A model generated the notes under the pieces. It was not told the origin of the DNA, did no database searches, and saw nothing but the letters and a program-made list of their open reading frames with translations. DNA of 63,614 nt, counting the filler, from Nemertoderma westbladi (Eukaryota; Animalia; Xenacoelomorpha): NCBI GenBank assembly GCA_032718475.1. It is 4 parts of 4 records of this genome, joined end to end, with 100 filler letters (N's around TTAATTAATTAA, not from the genome) between each part and the next. Parts side by side here need not be neighbours in the genome. Positions count along the whole stretch, not along the records: positions 44,885 to 58,035 come from JAUCBJ010000038.1; positions 58,136 to 63,614 come from JAUCBJ010004248.1; 2 more parts are not named here. The stretch is one strand, 5' to 3'. Position numbers and translations under genes: made by a program. This document shows, one piece after another, positions 49,492 through 61,763 of this stretch (the first letter of the stretch is position 1; each line of letters begins with the position of its first letter).

Positions 49492-50413
49492 TCTCCCCCC
49501 TCCTTAAAAAGTATCGTCCTCGAGCTATCATATCCCCCCCTCAAACATATTTGTACGTTACCGGAAAAAAATATATCTAACAAATAGCTACATACAGTAT
49601 ATATATCAAGCTAAACCATATAAACGATATTGCAGTAATATAATGAAAACAGTAGGCGTAGCTCAAAGGAGTAAAATCCTAAAGTGAAAGTAAAGCCGCT
49701 CATAATACCATCTAGGCTCGGTTATATCATCTACCTACACAGGTTATATCATCTACCTACACACAATGTGTAACAAATACATAAGTACTGCAGGTTACGA
49801 CCAGCAAATGCACCTATATAAATCCCTTGCAATTGTAACTATACAAAACAGTTACATAGCTTACAAGCCAAAGTTACTCCTATGCTGAGCTGATATCAAT
49901 ATACCTATCAATAAATATAATATCTGCACACAGTTGCTTAAACTTAATCAATATACATTTTACATACAGTAACCGTATTATTGCATAATACGAATAAATA
50001 ACAATATCGTGATATCAATCAACGGGGTAATCAATACCGGTAACCGTACCGCGTAGCTTTAGGCTAAAGCAAATAACAACCAAAATAACTAACAACAATT
50101 AACCACACCGCTATAATGCCAATAACGAGCGAACTACTATCGGTACTGTTAGTACGTCGTACATACAATACATACATATAATATACAGTATGGATCTGAG
50201 ATTTTTGGACAAGGTTCACTCACATAATATCTCGTTATTATAGGTCGATCGTAAAAAGTAATATTATACAAAAATATAAATAATATGTACAACTCACTAC
50301 CCAAAATATGATAGGTAATCCGAGGACGAAAAAAATGGCGTATCGGATTTATTTTGTAAACAACTCAAAATAATCAATGTGTCTCCCACAAGCAATAATT
50401 ACAATTTTTTTTT

Positions 50414-53400
50414 TTAATTGCTGTCGCTGTCAGTCTCACAACTACTATCAGTATCGTCGCCGTCACGTTGGTAAAATTGCTTCAGGTCCTTCGCGTTAAC
50501 CCTATTAAACCCGGGGGGTGGTCAATATGACCCCCTCGTGGTTTATTTTATTATAATTCTGAAACAAACGCAGTTGGGAATATGAAATTTCATGACTTTT
50601 CCAAAAAATCTATTGTCTTCCTAGCAGTGAAAATCGTTTTCAAAAATATTGGGTACTTTTCGAGTTATAGCACCATTTTTTAACCCTACTTTTGGCACTT
50701 TTTTTGAGACGTTTTTTGAAAATTACATTTCATTAAATATGAATTGTAACAACTCTATTTTTTATTTACACCGGTTTTTTGGTGTTAGAAATTGGATGGA
50801 ATTCATATAAATTGATTTAGAAATTTCAAACTTGTTTTTTTCGGTGGGTGCCAAATTTTGGTGCCAGCACCAAATTTTGAAATATGTCAATTTTGTAAAT
50901 TGATTGTTTGAAACTTGTTTTTTACGAAATTTGGGTTTTTGTGGGTTCTGGATTCGATGAAATATATACGAGTTGCACCAAGCGTATCAAACTTGTATTT
51001 TTCGGTGGCTGTGTGCAAATTTTGGTGCTAGCACGAAATTTTGAAAATACATTCAATAGATAAAATTGCTTGTGACAATTTATTTCTTGCGTTTTAGATG
51101 TTTATGGCTGTTCTGAATTCAATGGAATATATAATTATCGAACTAGACATCTCAAATTTGTATTTTACGGATGTGGGTGCAAAATGTGGTGCTAGCAATA
51201 AATTTTGAAAACCATCAAATATATCAATTGATTGTGTCACCTTGTTTCTTGCGTTATACGGGTTTGTGATGGTTCTGAATTCAATGGAATCAGTAAAAAT
51301 TTCATAAGAGTTCTCAAATTTGTATTTTCGCCTGTGGGTGAAAATTGTTGTGCCAGCACCAAATTTTGGAAAATATGCAAATTGATCAGTAGATAGTATC
51401 ACCTCGTTTCTTGCGTTATACGGGTTTATGAGGGTCCTGAATCCGATATAATCAATAAAAACAGCACTGGAAATCGCAAACTTGTACTTTTTGGTGATGG
51501 GTACGAAATTTGGTGCTAGCACCAAAATTTGCTAAATTACGCCGAAAAATACAAGCAGCAATGATCTGGCATATTAGAAATGTATTCCATTAGAATCAGC
51601 GCCCTCGAAAACCTGAAAATGTGAATTTATAGCATCGTATAAGTGAATTAAAAATTTTGTGTTCTAACTGAAAAGTGCTGGTTACTTTTTTTTTCATTTT
51701 TTTCCTACGCAGAGAGGACTAAACAGCCATTTATGGTAATCATATCATTTTTAAATATTTTCCAATGTATTTTGCACCCCAGAAAACCTGTATTGAAAAA
51801 TAATTAGCCGAAAATGTAACTTTCAAATTTTGTGAAAATTCTGCACTACTTGTAATTTTGGTGCTGCAATATAACAACCCCAGTACATTTTTTCGAAAAT
51901 TTTTTTTTTCGGTCGGATCCTGACAAGTGATACCTACGTATAAACAAAACATCAGACGTTTTTGTAAATATTTGTAGATTTTAGAGGGGGGGGGTCAATA
52001 TGACCCCCCCCCCCCCCCCCCGGTATTTGTACAACATTTTATAGCCCGGTACTAATAGGGTTAACAGTAATTTTCCGCTTACTGCATTTACCGCTATTTA
52101 GTACCTTATGTATTGAATATGTGTAGTTGCCTAGTTTACGGTGGATACTGTATGGGCCGGTGTACTTAGAGCGCAACTTATCAGTGCGCTTTCTTTCTGA
52201 TCGATCGTAATATAGAACTAATTGTCCAGGTTGGTATGTAACTATTCTACTGCGATTCCGCTTGGCTATCTTGGAATCATGTGTTCGTTTCTGTTTATTT
52301 TGGGCCTGTTGTAAACACTGACGAGCTACCTCCTGTCCTCGCTGCAAACATAGACATACCTCGTCTGGGAAACTAGCTTCGTCCGCTAACAAACTGAAAG
52401 GTCTTTGGATTCGTGTATCTATAGGCGTTGAAGCCTGTCTACCAAACATCAAATAGAAAGGAGTTTCATTTAAACTGCTCTGAACTGATGTATTATAATG
52501 GAATGCTACAGCAGGTAATATGTCATCCCATGTATCAGGTGAAGTTGTTGTTAGCGCCATCATGTGTGTGGCTATGGCATTTGTCCTCTCGGTAAGTCCG
52601 TTACAGGCAGGGTGGTAAACTGCTGTCAAGACAGGGACAACTCCAAATATTGGAGTTGTCCGTTTCTTCAACTCACAAAATGCTACATCACAATCACTGT
52701 ACCATATAAAACGAGTATCCTTACGCAATAATAAATTCAAGGGAGCCACAATAGTGCTATATCCTTCTATAAACTTCCTATAAAATCCACACAAACCTAA
52801 GAAACTATGTAATTGTTTCGCGTTCGTTGGTTGTGGAAAATCAACCATTGTCTGGGTTTTACCGGGATCAACATGTACACCAGACTCATCTACTACATGG
52901 CCTAGGAACTTTACTGTAGTTGTACCGAATACACACTTAGAAGGTTTCAGTTTCAGATTCAGACTAATAATTCTACTAAGTACGGTTGCGACAAGTATAA
53001 GGTGTGCCTCCCATGTCTGAGAATATAGCACAACATCATCTAAATACACTAACACAAAGTCAATACCTATCATAGCCAGTTGCATTAAGCGTTGACAAGT
53101 AGAGGGACAACCTTGCAAACCGTATGGCATTCTAGTAAAGTGATAGTTACCGTTGTGTGTGGTAAACCCCGTCTTAATTTGGTCGTCAGGAGTGAGGCCT
53201 ACTTGCCAAAACATTGAACGAAAGTCCAACGCAGTGAAATACTTTGGTTTGGCTGCGCCTACCTCAGCAACCATTTCATCAATGCGTGGGAGTGGCCAAA
53301 ACTGTGGAACTGAAACTAAATTTAAAGCGCGAAAATCTACTGCAAACCGATAATTACCATCCGGCTTTCTAACTAGAATAATGGGGGATGCCCATTCACC

Positions 53401-53978
53401 AGTACCCGGTCGTATTATGTCATGTTGTAATAAGTTGTCTAACTGTCGTTGCACTTCTGGTCTTAAACCTATAGGTACTGGGTAAGGTTTGGAACGGACA
53501 GCTTTAGCGTCTGGCTTTAAACTAATTGTATGTTCGAACAAATCAGTCTTACCTATATCAAACTCATGGTATGAAAAAGCGCCAGCGTTGTTACAGGCTA
53601 AGTTTAAAATTTCAACTTGCTTATCTTTGGTAAGGTGACCTAAGGGTAGTTCACGTTCTAAATACGAACGGCGTTCTTCTACAGTAGTGGGACTGGGATG
53701 CTTTTCACCAACATTCGTTGATGCTGCCAGGGCCATACACTTAGCTACAAGCTGATTGGCATATATTGCCAATGGGATAATTGTTTGGGTTAAGTATCTG
53801 CACTGCTACATTACAACCCCCTGAATGTGTCAATGCTTGTGGGGTTGAAATGCTACGTGCTGTCAAAAAGTTACTCTTAGATGTTTCCATGGGCTCGACA
53901 AATACAGAATCATCGCTATCTGCTAGCCTGTCTATTTTGCCACGAATTATTGTTTGTGTTCCAGCTGGAATTTTTTCT
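50414..53978 (-). mobile_element. Gypsy/Ty3 pol, degenerate (RT present; RNase H and N-terminal half of integrase deleted in frame; interrupted by piggyBac-like element)
   Basis: EWASPIILVRKPDGNYRFAVDFRALN, FTRMPYGL, VYLDDV, FLGLCGFYRKFI, then a jump to AVYHPACNGLTERTN..YNTSVQSSLNETPFYLMFGR..KLRSKYTGPY. The C-terminus resumes at 50495-50414. Confidence 0.92.
50500..52060. mobile_element. Non-autonomous piggyBac-type element inserted into the Gypsy integrase tail
   Basis: TTAA|ccctatta..ccggg ... cccgg..taataggg|TTAA, with subterminal ggggtcaatatgacccc palindromes and internal repeats of about 120 bp. Confidence 0.88.
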
Positions 53979-56666
53979 AAAGAAGGTGGGTTACACTTCC
54001 ATGGAAGTGCTAAAACATAGTTATTATTCACTAGTTTAATAGAATCTTGCATAATACTCAAGGCTCGCTTGTCATTCAGAGACATAGTGGTTGATGTGTC
54101 AGAATAAATTCCAGAAGATTCTAATTCCCAAAACTTATTAACTAGGAGTTCTAAATTATAATCATTTGAATTCCTAGGAGAATTGTCATAGTGACATAAA
54201 TACATATTCTTTGACTTATCAAGTTGTTTCATTCGTTTGTGGGTTACAGGACCGCGCAGTGTCCACCCAAAGGGTGTTTTTATAGCAAATGGTTCCTTTT
54301 TACCTCCATAGAGTTCTTCTTCCGTCCACAGTGCTTCAGGTACATCTAAGCCAATGAGTAAATGAACTTCTTTATCCTGCAACTCATTCAAATGTATATT
54401 CGCTAAATGCGGCCAGTTGGTTATATCAGCCATCGTAGGAATCTTATCAGGAGAGATGGGTAATTTATCAGTTGTGACAACTTCTGGTAGGTGAATAATA
54501 CTTGTATCATCGATAGAATCAATCTGAGCTACCATGAGTTCAACCACTGCTCCTCTTTTCATTACATTGTCACAATTCAAAGTTGTTAAGGAATAATTTT
54601 CTTCATTTCTACAGATACCTAAAGTGTCTGCAACCTTTTTTGTGCAAAATGAAGAATCAGATCCATCATCAAGCAAGGCATATACATCAACATATATCAT
54701 TACTGGGATTACTAATTCGAACCGGGATGATAGGAAGACAAACCTTAGAATGTTGAAGTGTGTTTGCAAGATGTGTATGGGTCCTTCTTGAAATAGATTC
54801 TTCCTTTGATTGTACCTCTCTCATGTTCTCAACAGCTGGTTTTGTAGTTTTTGGTGTTGAATGACCTTCATTAGAAAAGGTCAAGGATCCAACCCTTTGC
54901 TTTGAATCATCTACTTCATCTGAAGGATGCATAAGTGTATGATGCTTATGATTACTTGCACATCGTTCACAACTATGGTTCTTAGGGCAATTCAATGCAA
55001 TGTGACCTCGGTCAAAACAATTATCACATATACCTCTTCTTCTCAAGAAATTGGTCCTTTCTTTATTGGATTTCCCTCTAAACTGAAAACATCTATCAAG
55101 TGTATGATTCTGGAAACATATATGACAACTATTTCTACTGGCATAGCTATCATTGGAGTTTTGTGGAATGTCTCTAGATGTTGCTAATGATGTAGTCCTA
55201 GGAAATGACCTTGCCTTATCTCCTGGTCTATTATTACGGAAGTCAAAGGTTTTCTTTATATTGGCATTAGCAGCACCAGTATCTTTAGAATCTAAGATTG
55301 TCCCAAACTCAGCATCATTTACTGCGTGAGCAATATTTTTAACAAATAGTATAATGTCGTTAATATTGGGACTCCGATTAGTCTTACGAATATTATTTGC
55401 CTTCTCAAGCCATTTACATTTCATATAGTGAGGAAGTCTTTCTACAATATGCCTCAAATTATCAACTGCATTAATATCAGCTTGATAACCCATTGAGGAT
55501 AATACCATTTGGGATGAATTAAGTTGGTCAGCATAATCTAGGAGACCTTGTCGATCATTGGGTCTCAATGGATTGCCCTTGGTAACACGGTCAATATGAG
55601 CTCGGGCTATCGTATAAGGTTGACCGAATCGTTCATACAGTATATGTTTAGCCTGTATAAAACCTTCTGATGGAATTAGAATTGGATAGTCTTTAATAAG
55701 TTTTCTTGCCTTGCCTTGGCAATAGTGAATAAGGTAATTAAGTTTGGCTGAATCTGTTAGAGCTTTACTCTCTATATGTTCCTCAAAGGATCTCATGAAC
55801 TGCCAATATTCTGATGGGTCGCCTGCAAATGGTACGACCTCAGGCTGTGGCAATGTCATAATGTTTGCCATTGTCTTGAATAATTCGCCATAAGACTGTA
55901 TGCCTTCTTCAGAGTGCTGGTTACCATGTAGTGGGGTCCAGGATGGTACATTTGGATCCAATCGTGATGGATAATCGGATAGTTGTTCTGCATTGTTAAT
56001 CACACGTGCCGGCATTCTATTGTTATATGATTGATCCAAAACATTTGCTACACTGTTTCCTGGTCTATGCTTAACGCTGCTTGCTCTAGAAAGCTTCCCT
56101 TCTGACCTCTCAAGAGATCGCCTTTTGATAGCAGCTTTCTCACATTTCATTTTGGCTTCCAGCTGTTCTTCTTCTTCTACTAATTTTGCCTTTCTAGCTC
56201 TCAATTCATGTTTAAATTTAATTTGTTCTAATTCGTAAGCTGCAATATCCTCATCTGCCTTTGCTCTGTCCAAATCACTAAGCACTGTAGATTGACACCC
56301 CAATTGGCTAACAGAATGTTTTGGCAAAATATCATCAACATCTGTATCTGCATCACCAAAATTATCTAGTTTCCATTTCAAATAAATTTCATGAAATTCA
56401 TTCTTTGTTTGTTTAACATTAAATAAATATTTTTTCGCTTCATCTATATCAGCAGTAGTTTCCAATGCTGACACATAAGAATCATGCGCATAACAAAAAC
56501 GCTCATAAACTTCATCAATTGTCTTGATCGCAAGCCTCACACGATCATAATCAGCATTAGCTTGCATTAATCTCTTTGCCTCATTATAGGCTCTTGTTAG
56601 ATTGGCTAAATAACCATTTCGGGACTTTTTTAATGATGCAATATTTCCTATTCCAGACATTATCAC
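53979..56666 (-). mobile_element. BEL/Pao gag (DUF1759-type capsid, Cys/His knuckles) + aspartic protease, one frameshift near 54690
   Basis: FAGDPSEYWQFMRSFE..KLNYLIHYC..LYERFGQP; CHICFQNHTLDRC, CDNCFDRGHIALNC and CERC..HHTLMH; YALLDDGSDSSF; AIKTPFGWTLRG; KFWELE; LALPWK. Confidence 0.92.
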
Positions 56667-56944
56667 AAATATATCAAATTAGGACATTGGTCCAAAATTC
56701 TAACTGAAAGTTCCAAATATGGACATTCGGTCCAAATTAGTAAAAAGAAATCTTCCAGATTTGGACAATCGGTCCAAGCATTTCAATGGCAGTAGCACCC
56801 AATTTGGACATCAGCCCAAAGCTAACAAATCTTCCAAATTTGGGGAATTTCCAAATTTAGTAGGGCAATCGGCCCAAATTATTCAAATGTTATTCACTCC
56901 CCCGAATTACAATTCTTATATCACAGTTTGATAACGTGTTGTAA

Positions 56945-57718
56945 CGTGAAGTTGAGTGTATAATGAATGACAGACCTCTTACCTATGTTTCGGGAGATAA
57001 TAATGATCCACAGCCACTAACTCCATCAATGTTAATATCAGGTCACCGCATTAATACATTGTATAATCCCAATAGCCTCGATAGTGATGTGTGGCGTGAT
57101 CCCGATTATTGTCCAACTGTATCTAGAGATAGTCTAACTCGTGGTCATCTTCGTTTGCTAAAGTTATTGAGTGATCTGTGGACCCGGTGGTCCAAGGAAT
57201 ATTTAACAACATTACGGGAGCACCATCGTTGGAATTCTCGTGACCCTAGTAATGTTGTGAGTGTTGGAGACGTAGTTCTCATCCATGATAATGTCCTACC
57301 GCGTGGGCGTTGGAATCTAGGCAAGGTGATAGACTTACATCCGGGTAATGACGGGTGGGTTCGATTCGTAACCTTACGTACTGCTACGGGAATATACAAG
57401 AGACCAATTAAGAAACTCTATCCAATAGAATTAGCGTCTCCCGCCTCCGACGATCCTATTGGTAACAACCCTGTGGTATCTGCACGCCCCCAAGCGGTGG
57501 TTAAGTTCGACAATCCTTCAGAACGCCAGCCCTCACAGCGTAAGGCGGCTCAATCGGCTAGAGAGAGAGTTTCATCTTATTATGACGATATTAGTGACTC
57601 TTCAAAGTCTGAGTGCAGTTCTGGAAGTTGGAGGCTGACTGTTGGATACAGTCAGCACTTATATATTTGGTGTGCGTATATTCCGCACATTTTGGTGCCT
57701 GGTCCCGGATCCTGTTGA
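56945..57718 (+). mobile_element. BEL/Pao integrase C-terminus (DUF5641-type), opposite orientation to the gag
   Basis: EVECIMNDRPLTY..PLTPSMLI..LWTRWSKEYLTTLR..VGDVVLI..PRGRWNLGKVIDLHPGNDGWVR..RPIKKLYPIE. Confidence 0.9.
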
Positions 57719-58035
57719 ATGAAGGAATATAATCGGTGTTTGGGAATACTGTTTGGCAGTTCGGTGAATACTGGAATACCTACTGCAGTACTGAACTGGA
57801 GTAATTAATCAGATAGGCTCAAACTGCAAACTGTTATATTTGGATACAGTACAGCAGTAAACTGCGTATTCGACGGACGTACCTGTATCTACGGTCAGAC
57901 GGTTAGGCCTAACGAGCCTATTGGCCTACCTATATTCATATTGCTGTATTAGTCAGTACGGTATATAATGGTACCGGTACTGCATTTCTGCATTCGGAAA
58001 TAAACTGGAACTGTGACACAACGCAAATTACGAAA
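57712..58035 (+). mobile_element. Probable BEL 3' LTR, truncated by the gap
   Basis: Starts TGTTG directly after the integrase tail and contains AATAAA near 57999. The polypurine tract is poor. Confidence 0.45.
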
Positions 58036-58135
58036 NNNNNNNNNNNNNNNNNNNNNNNNNNNNNNNNNNNNNNNNNNNNTTAATTAATTAANNNNNNNNN
58101 NNNNNNNNNNNNNNNNNNNNNNNNNNNNNNNNNNN
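58036..58135. other. Assembly gap with TTAATTAATTAA linker
   Basis: Same 100-bp design as the other two gaps. Confidence 0.95.
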
Positions 58136-58726
58136 GATGGAAGGATGTGTGTGTAAAGCAGCTAGTTGCTGGGAATGATTATTGGTCAAGTCTCTGCTGG
58201 TGTGGAGCTAGCTGGCAGGGAGTTGTTGCTAAGACTAACCAGAGAGGAATAGTAATAGGCAACCAGCATTGCTATTCCAGCCCAGACAGCATTCATTCTT
58301 TAAATCCAACATCCCAACATCCTTCCTGTATTGACTCTACTATAAGTGTTGTATTGCTATCTCAGGTAAATGACAGATATAATAACATAAATACTATCCA
58401 TGGCATGGCTGTGGAAGGCTTCTGAAATAGTTTATTCCACAATGTATATGTCTGGTAATTTTTTAATTGAATTTTTGCAAAGTAGTAAAATTAATGTTCT
58501 TAAAAATATTATTATTATTTTATATGTAACCTAGGAAATTAGCTACATTTTTTCGCTGCAGCTTTAAGAGTGTACATTAATTTAATATTATTTCAATACC
58601 CATATTACTACATCAGCATACGATGCGTTGGCGTTGTATCACACATCTCCACATACATAGATGTATCAACAGTTACTCGCACAGTTTCGAAACTTCGCAT
58701 AGTTATAACTGTATAAAGATCGTCAG

Positions 58727-59004
58727 TCTGCGTTTAGGAAAAATATTTTATAACAAAACAGGACAAGCGACGAGCGCAATGAGGCATATAATGAAGACGA
58801 GTACTGCGTTGACTAAATTATTATATAAACCACCTGGCTTCACATATTGATCGCATCCCTAGTTATTATTATTATAAAGAACGTCCTAGCCTGCGTTTAA
58901 GAAATATATTTAAATACAAAACAGGACGAACGCAACGAGGCTTATAATGAAAACGAGTACTGCGTTTATTATATTCCTATAAACCACCTGGCTTTGCATA
59001 TTGA
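58727..59004. repeat. Diverged direct duplication of about 120 bp (period about 164 bp)
   Basis: ctgcgttta..aaaacaggac..gagg..tataatgaa.acgagtactgcgtt..tataaaccacctggctt..catattga at about 58727 and 58891. Confidence 0.75.
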
Positions 59005-59329
59005 ACGTGCGATTGAAAATAAGTTCGTGCTACCCTTCCGTGGGTGGTAGATGTCGCGGTTATGTATTGGTGGTTGGGAAGGGTGGGGGGGGGGGGGGGG
59101 ATTAAAAGGGGTGAACACGTACTGTCCCCCTTTCTTTGATTGATTGGTGGTGTGGGTAAATTTTTCAAAACCTGATTTTGTGATACAGTCGCTCAATTTA
59201 ATTTGTATCTCATAACTGGGCCTCGTGCTGCGCGAAGGCCCCACGAACGTGTAACATTTACATATATGTATCACATGTCGAATTATTTATGGCAACCATA
59301 TATGAAACACATACTCATGTTTAACTGGG

Positions 59330-59527
59330 ATGTAACTTTCAAATTTTGTGAAAATTGTGCACTACTTGTCATTTTGGTGCTGCAATATAACCATCCCAGT
59401 ACATTTTTTTGAAAATGTTTTTTTTTGGTCGGATGCAGACGGATATCTACGTACAAACAAAAAATCAGACGTTGTCGTAAAAATTTGTAGATTTTAGAGG
59501 GGGGGGGGGGGGGGGGGGGGGGGTCAA
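59330..59527. mobile_element. Partial second copy of the right end of the piggyBac-like element at 50500-52060
   Basis: atgtaactttcaaattttgtgaaaatt.tgcactacttgt.attttggtgctgcaatataac..tttgtagattttagagggggg..tcaa matches about 51814-51998. Confidence 0.85.
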
Positions 59528-61763
59528 GAGCGAGGAAAGAAACATTGGCAGTACTGTAGACCTGTGTGTAATGTGTCGCGGGTCACGTGATGGCGGTTCC
59601 ATTGCCAGGCCCGCTTCTAGACAGAACTAGTGAACCATTGCCCATCGATATAATATTCCGAATTGAACTGGCCTCGTACTCCGAGCGAATCATTCTATAA
59701 GCGGTGTAGCGACGTCATAATCAAAGCAGTCCCTGTATTTTTAAATCACATTTCCACCTATAAATGGATGTACGTGAGTGTTTTGTTAACATATATGGGC
59801 AAATGTTATGCTGTAAGAGAAAGTGGGAAGGGAAGTAGGGTTTAACTTTTTAAGACATTGGGAATAAACAGAACGCAAATTACCTGGTTTAAGCGAACAG
59901 ACGTCCACAGATGCCTCTAGAACACAGACAAACACACGTTTGATATTTTTATAAAGTAGGGCCTAAAGTACAGTAGAAGACAGGGCTTGAGGAAGTCACA
60001 TACAATATGTCATATGGACAATATTTAATAAGATGGGAATGTCGAACGTGGGTTTTACACTAAACAGAGCTAAAATACACTGGGAGTGAGAAACCGGTTG
60101 TTGATTTTGCATGTGGAGGGGAGTGAAAATGTAAGCGGATTCAATTCCACTTCATTCATTACCCACCAGAAAATGGGCTAGTGGCATTTTCACGCAATAT
60201 GTTGGAGATACGAGATTACCAATATTAATCTCGTATCATAACCAACATTGGGGGGGGGGGGGGGGGGGGGCAACACAAGCCCCAAAGCCACAGAGTGAGG
60301 TTAGAGGTCAAACCACCTCGGAGGGAATACAGCTAGCAGGGGTTAGCAGCGGGAGTGGAAACACTCCCAGAGAGTGCCAAGGTGACAAGTAGTATATTAG
60401 CCAATAATAGAGGGAAGGGAGGCACGTGATAGGGGACAGGAAAGCATCCATTGGGTAAAAGGCCAAAGTAGAGTAGGAGGTGAAGCAATATTCAATGTAT
60501 CAATCATATATCATCTCTGGTTGTTGGATTGGTATGTCAGTTGTATTATTCAGTTTATTAGTGCAGACCGGTCATAATTATTGACCGTCATCGACACCAT
60601 TATACCGGTAACTATCTTATCTGTATTTCTGCTATTTAATCGTGCTATCATCAGATATTTTCTAACATCAAGAGACAACAATAACTCTATTGTTTTTCCC
60701 CAACGGCCTCGGCCAAAGCTGTTAGCACCATCCCCAAGCAGAACGATGACGCGTACTTTAATTACCCGGTCGGTATCCCTGATCCCGTCACAGAAAATTA
60801 TCTGTTACACCTGTATAAGTCACATTCAATAAGGTTCTTAAATAATATAGAACAAAAATATATACAAAAAACGTGGAATTAACCAATAGACAGAATGTCT
60901 GTGATATGGTATACTGAATCTTAACTAAGATTCGTTGCCGGAAATTTAGAATGTAATACGTGGAATTTAATTCCAGTTCGATCAGAACTTCATTATCTTT
61001 CTCAAACAGCAGGCCCCTATTTTGGAGAGCATACAAATTTTTGGTACATTTTTCACAATTGAAACAGCCTTAATTTCATGGCTGCATGGCTTTTACGACC
61101 CTATCCCCAAAGTTAAATAACAGAGTTTAGACATAAATGTGTGACCATTTATATTAATGTAGATAGTTAGTAATAAATACTTATTTGTATAAGAAGTTAA
61201 GCGCTAATAGTTAATACATAATACGATAATTATTCCACCAAAGGGCCTTCAGTTACTGTTACATTCTGCTCCACACCATATGTTATCGTACACCTCCCAG
61301 TGGTTGTTAGATGCACTGAATTTCCCGATACTGATACACCAGATAATTTATCCCTTGTACTGGGATTCTTCAAAGCTTCTCTTATAATATTCACTATATT
61401 CCCCTCCATTAGTTTGACCTGAAAAAATTAAATGCTGTCTAATAATGTGTCACCTGATATCTCTAATTAAATTGCATAAATTATGTAATTTAAAAGACCC
61501 TCAAACCAATAGGAATCAATTCAAGCAATATTTAATTAAACTTTTCTACACCAGTTTTTTCCTGCCCAACACGAATATAAACCGACCCCAATTTTCCGGC
61601 CCAATAGAAAAGTTATAAGAGGTTTTAAATAAAGGCGGCACCAGCCACCATGGGGTTCAGGATAATATATGTAAAGGCGGCACTCTGCTGCCATTATATG
61701 CATGGTCATGAATTATTTAGAATAAAAAGGGCGTCAGAATGTCGCCTTTTTTTTTAGTGTTGG

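Noticed and set aside
61230-61420. Possible minus-strand exon after a ttttttcag acceptor (about 61418)
   Set aside because: No recognisable protein similarity, ambiguous frame, and no linked exons.
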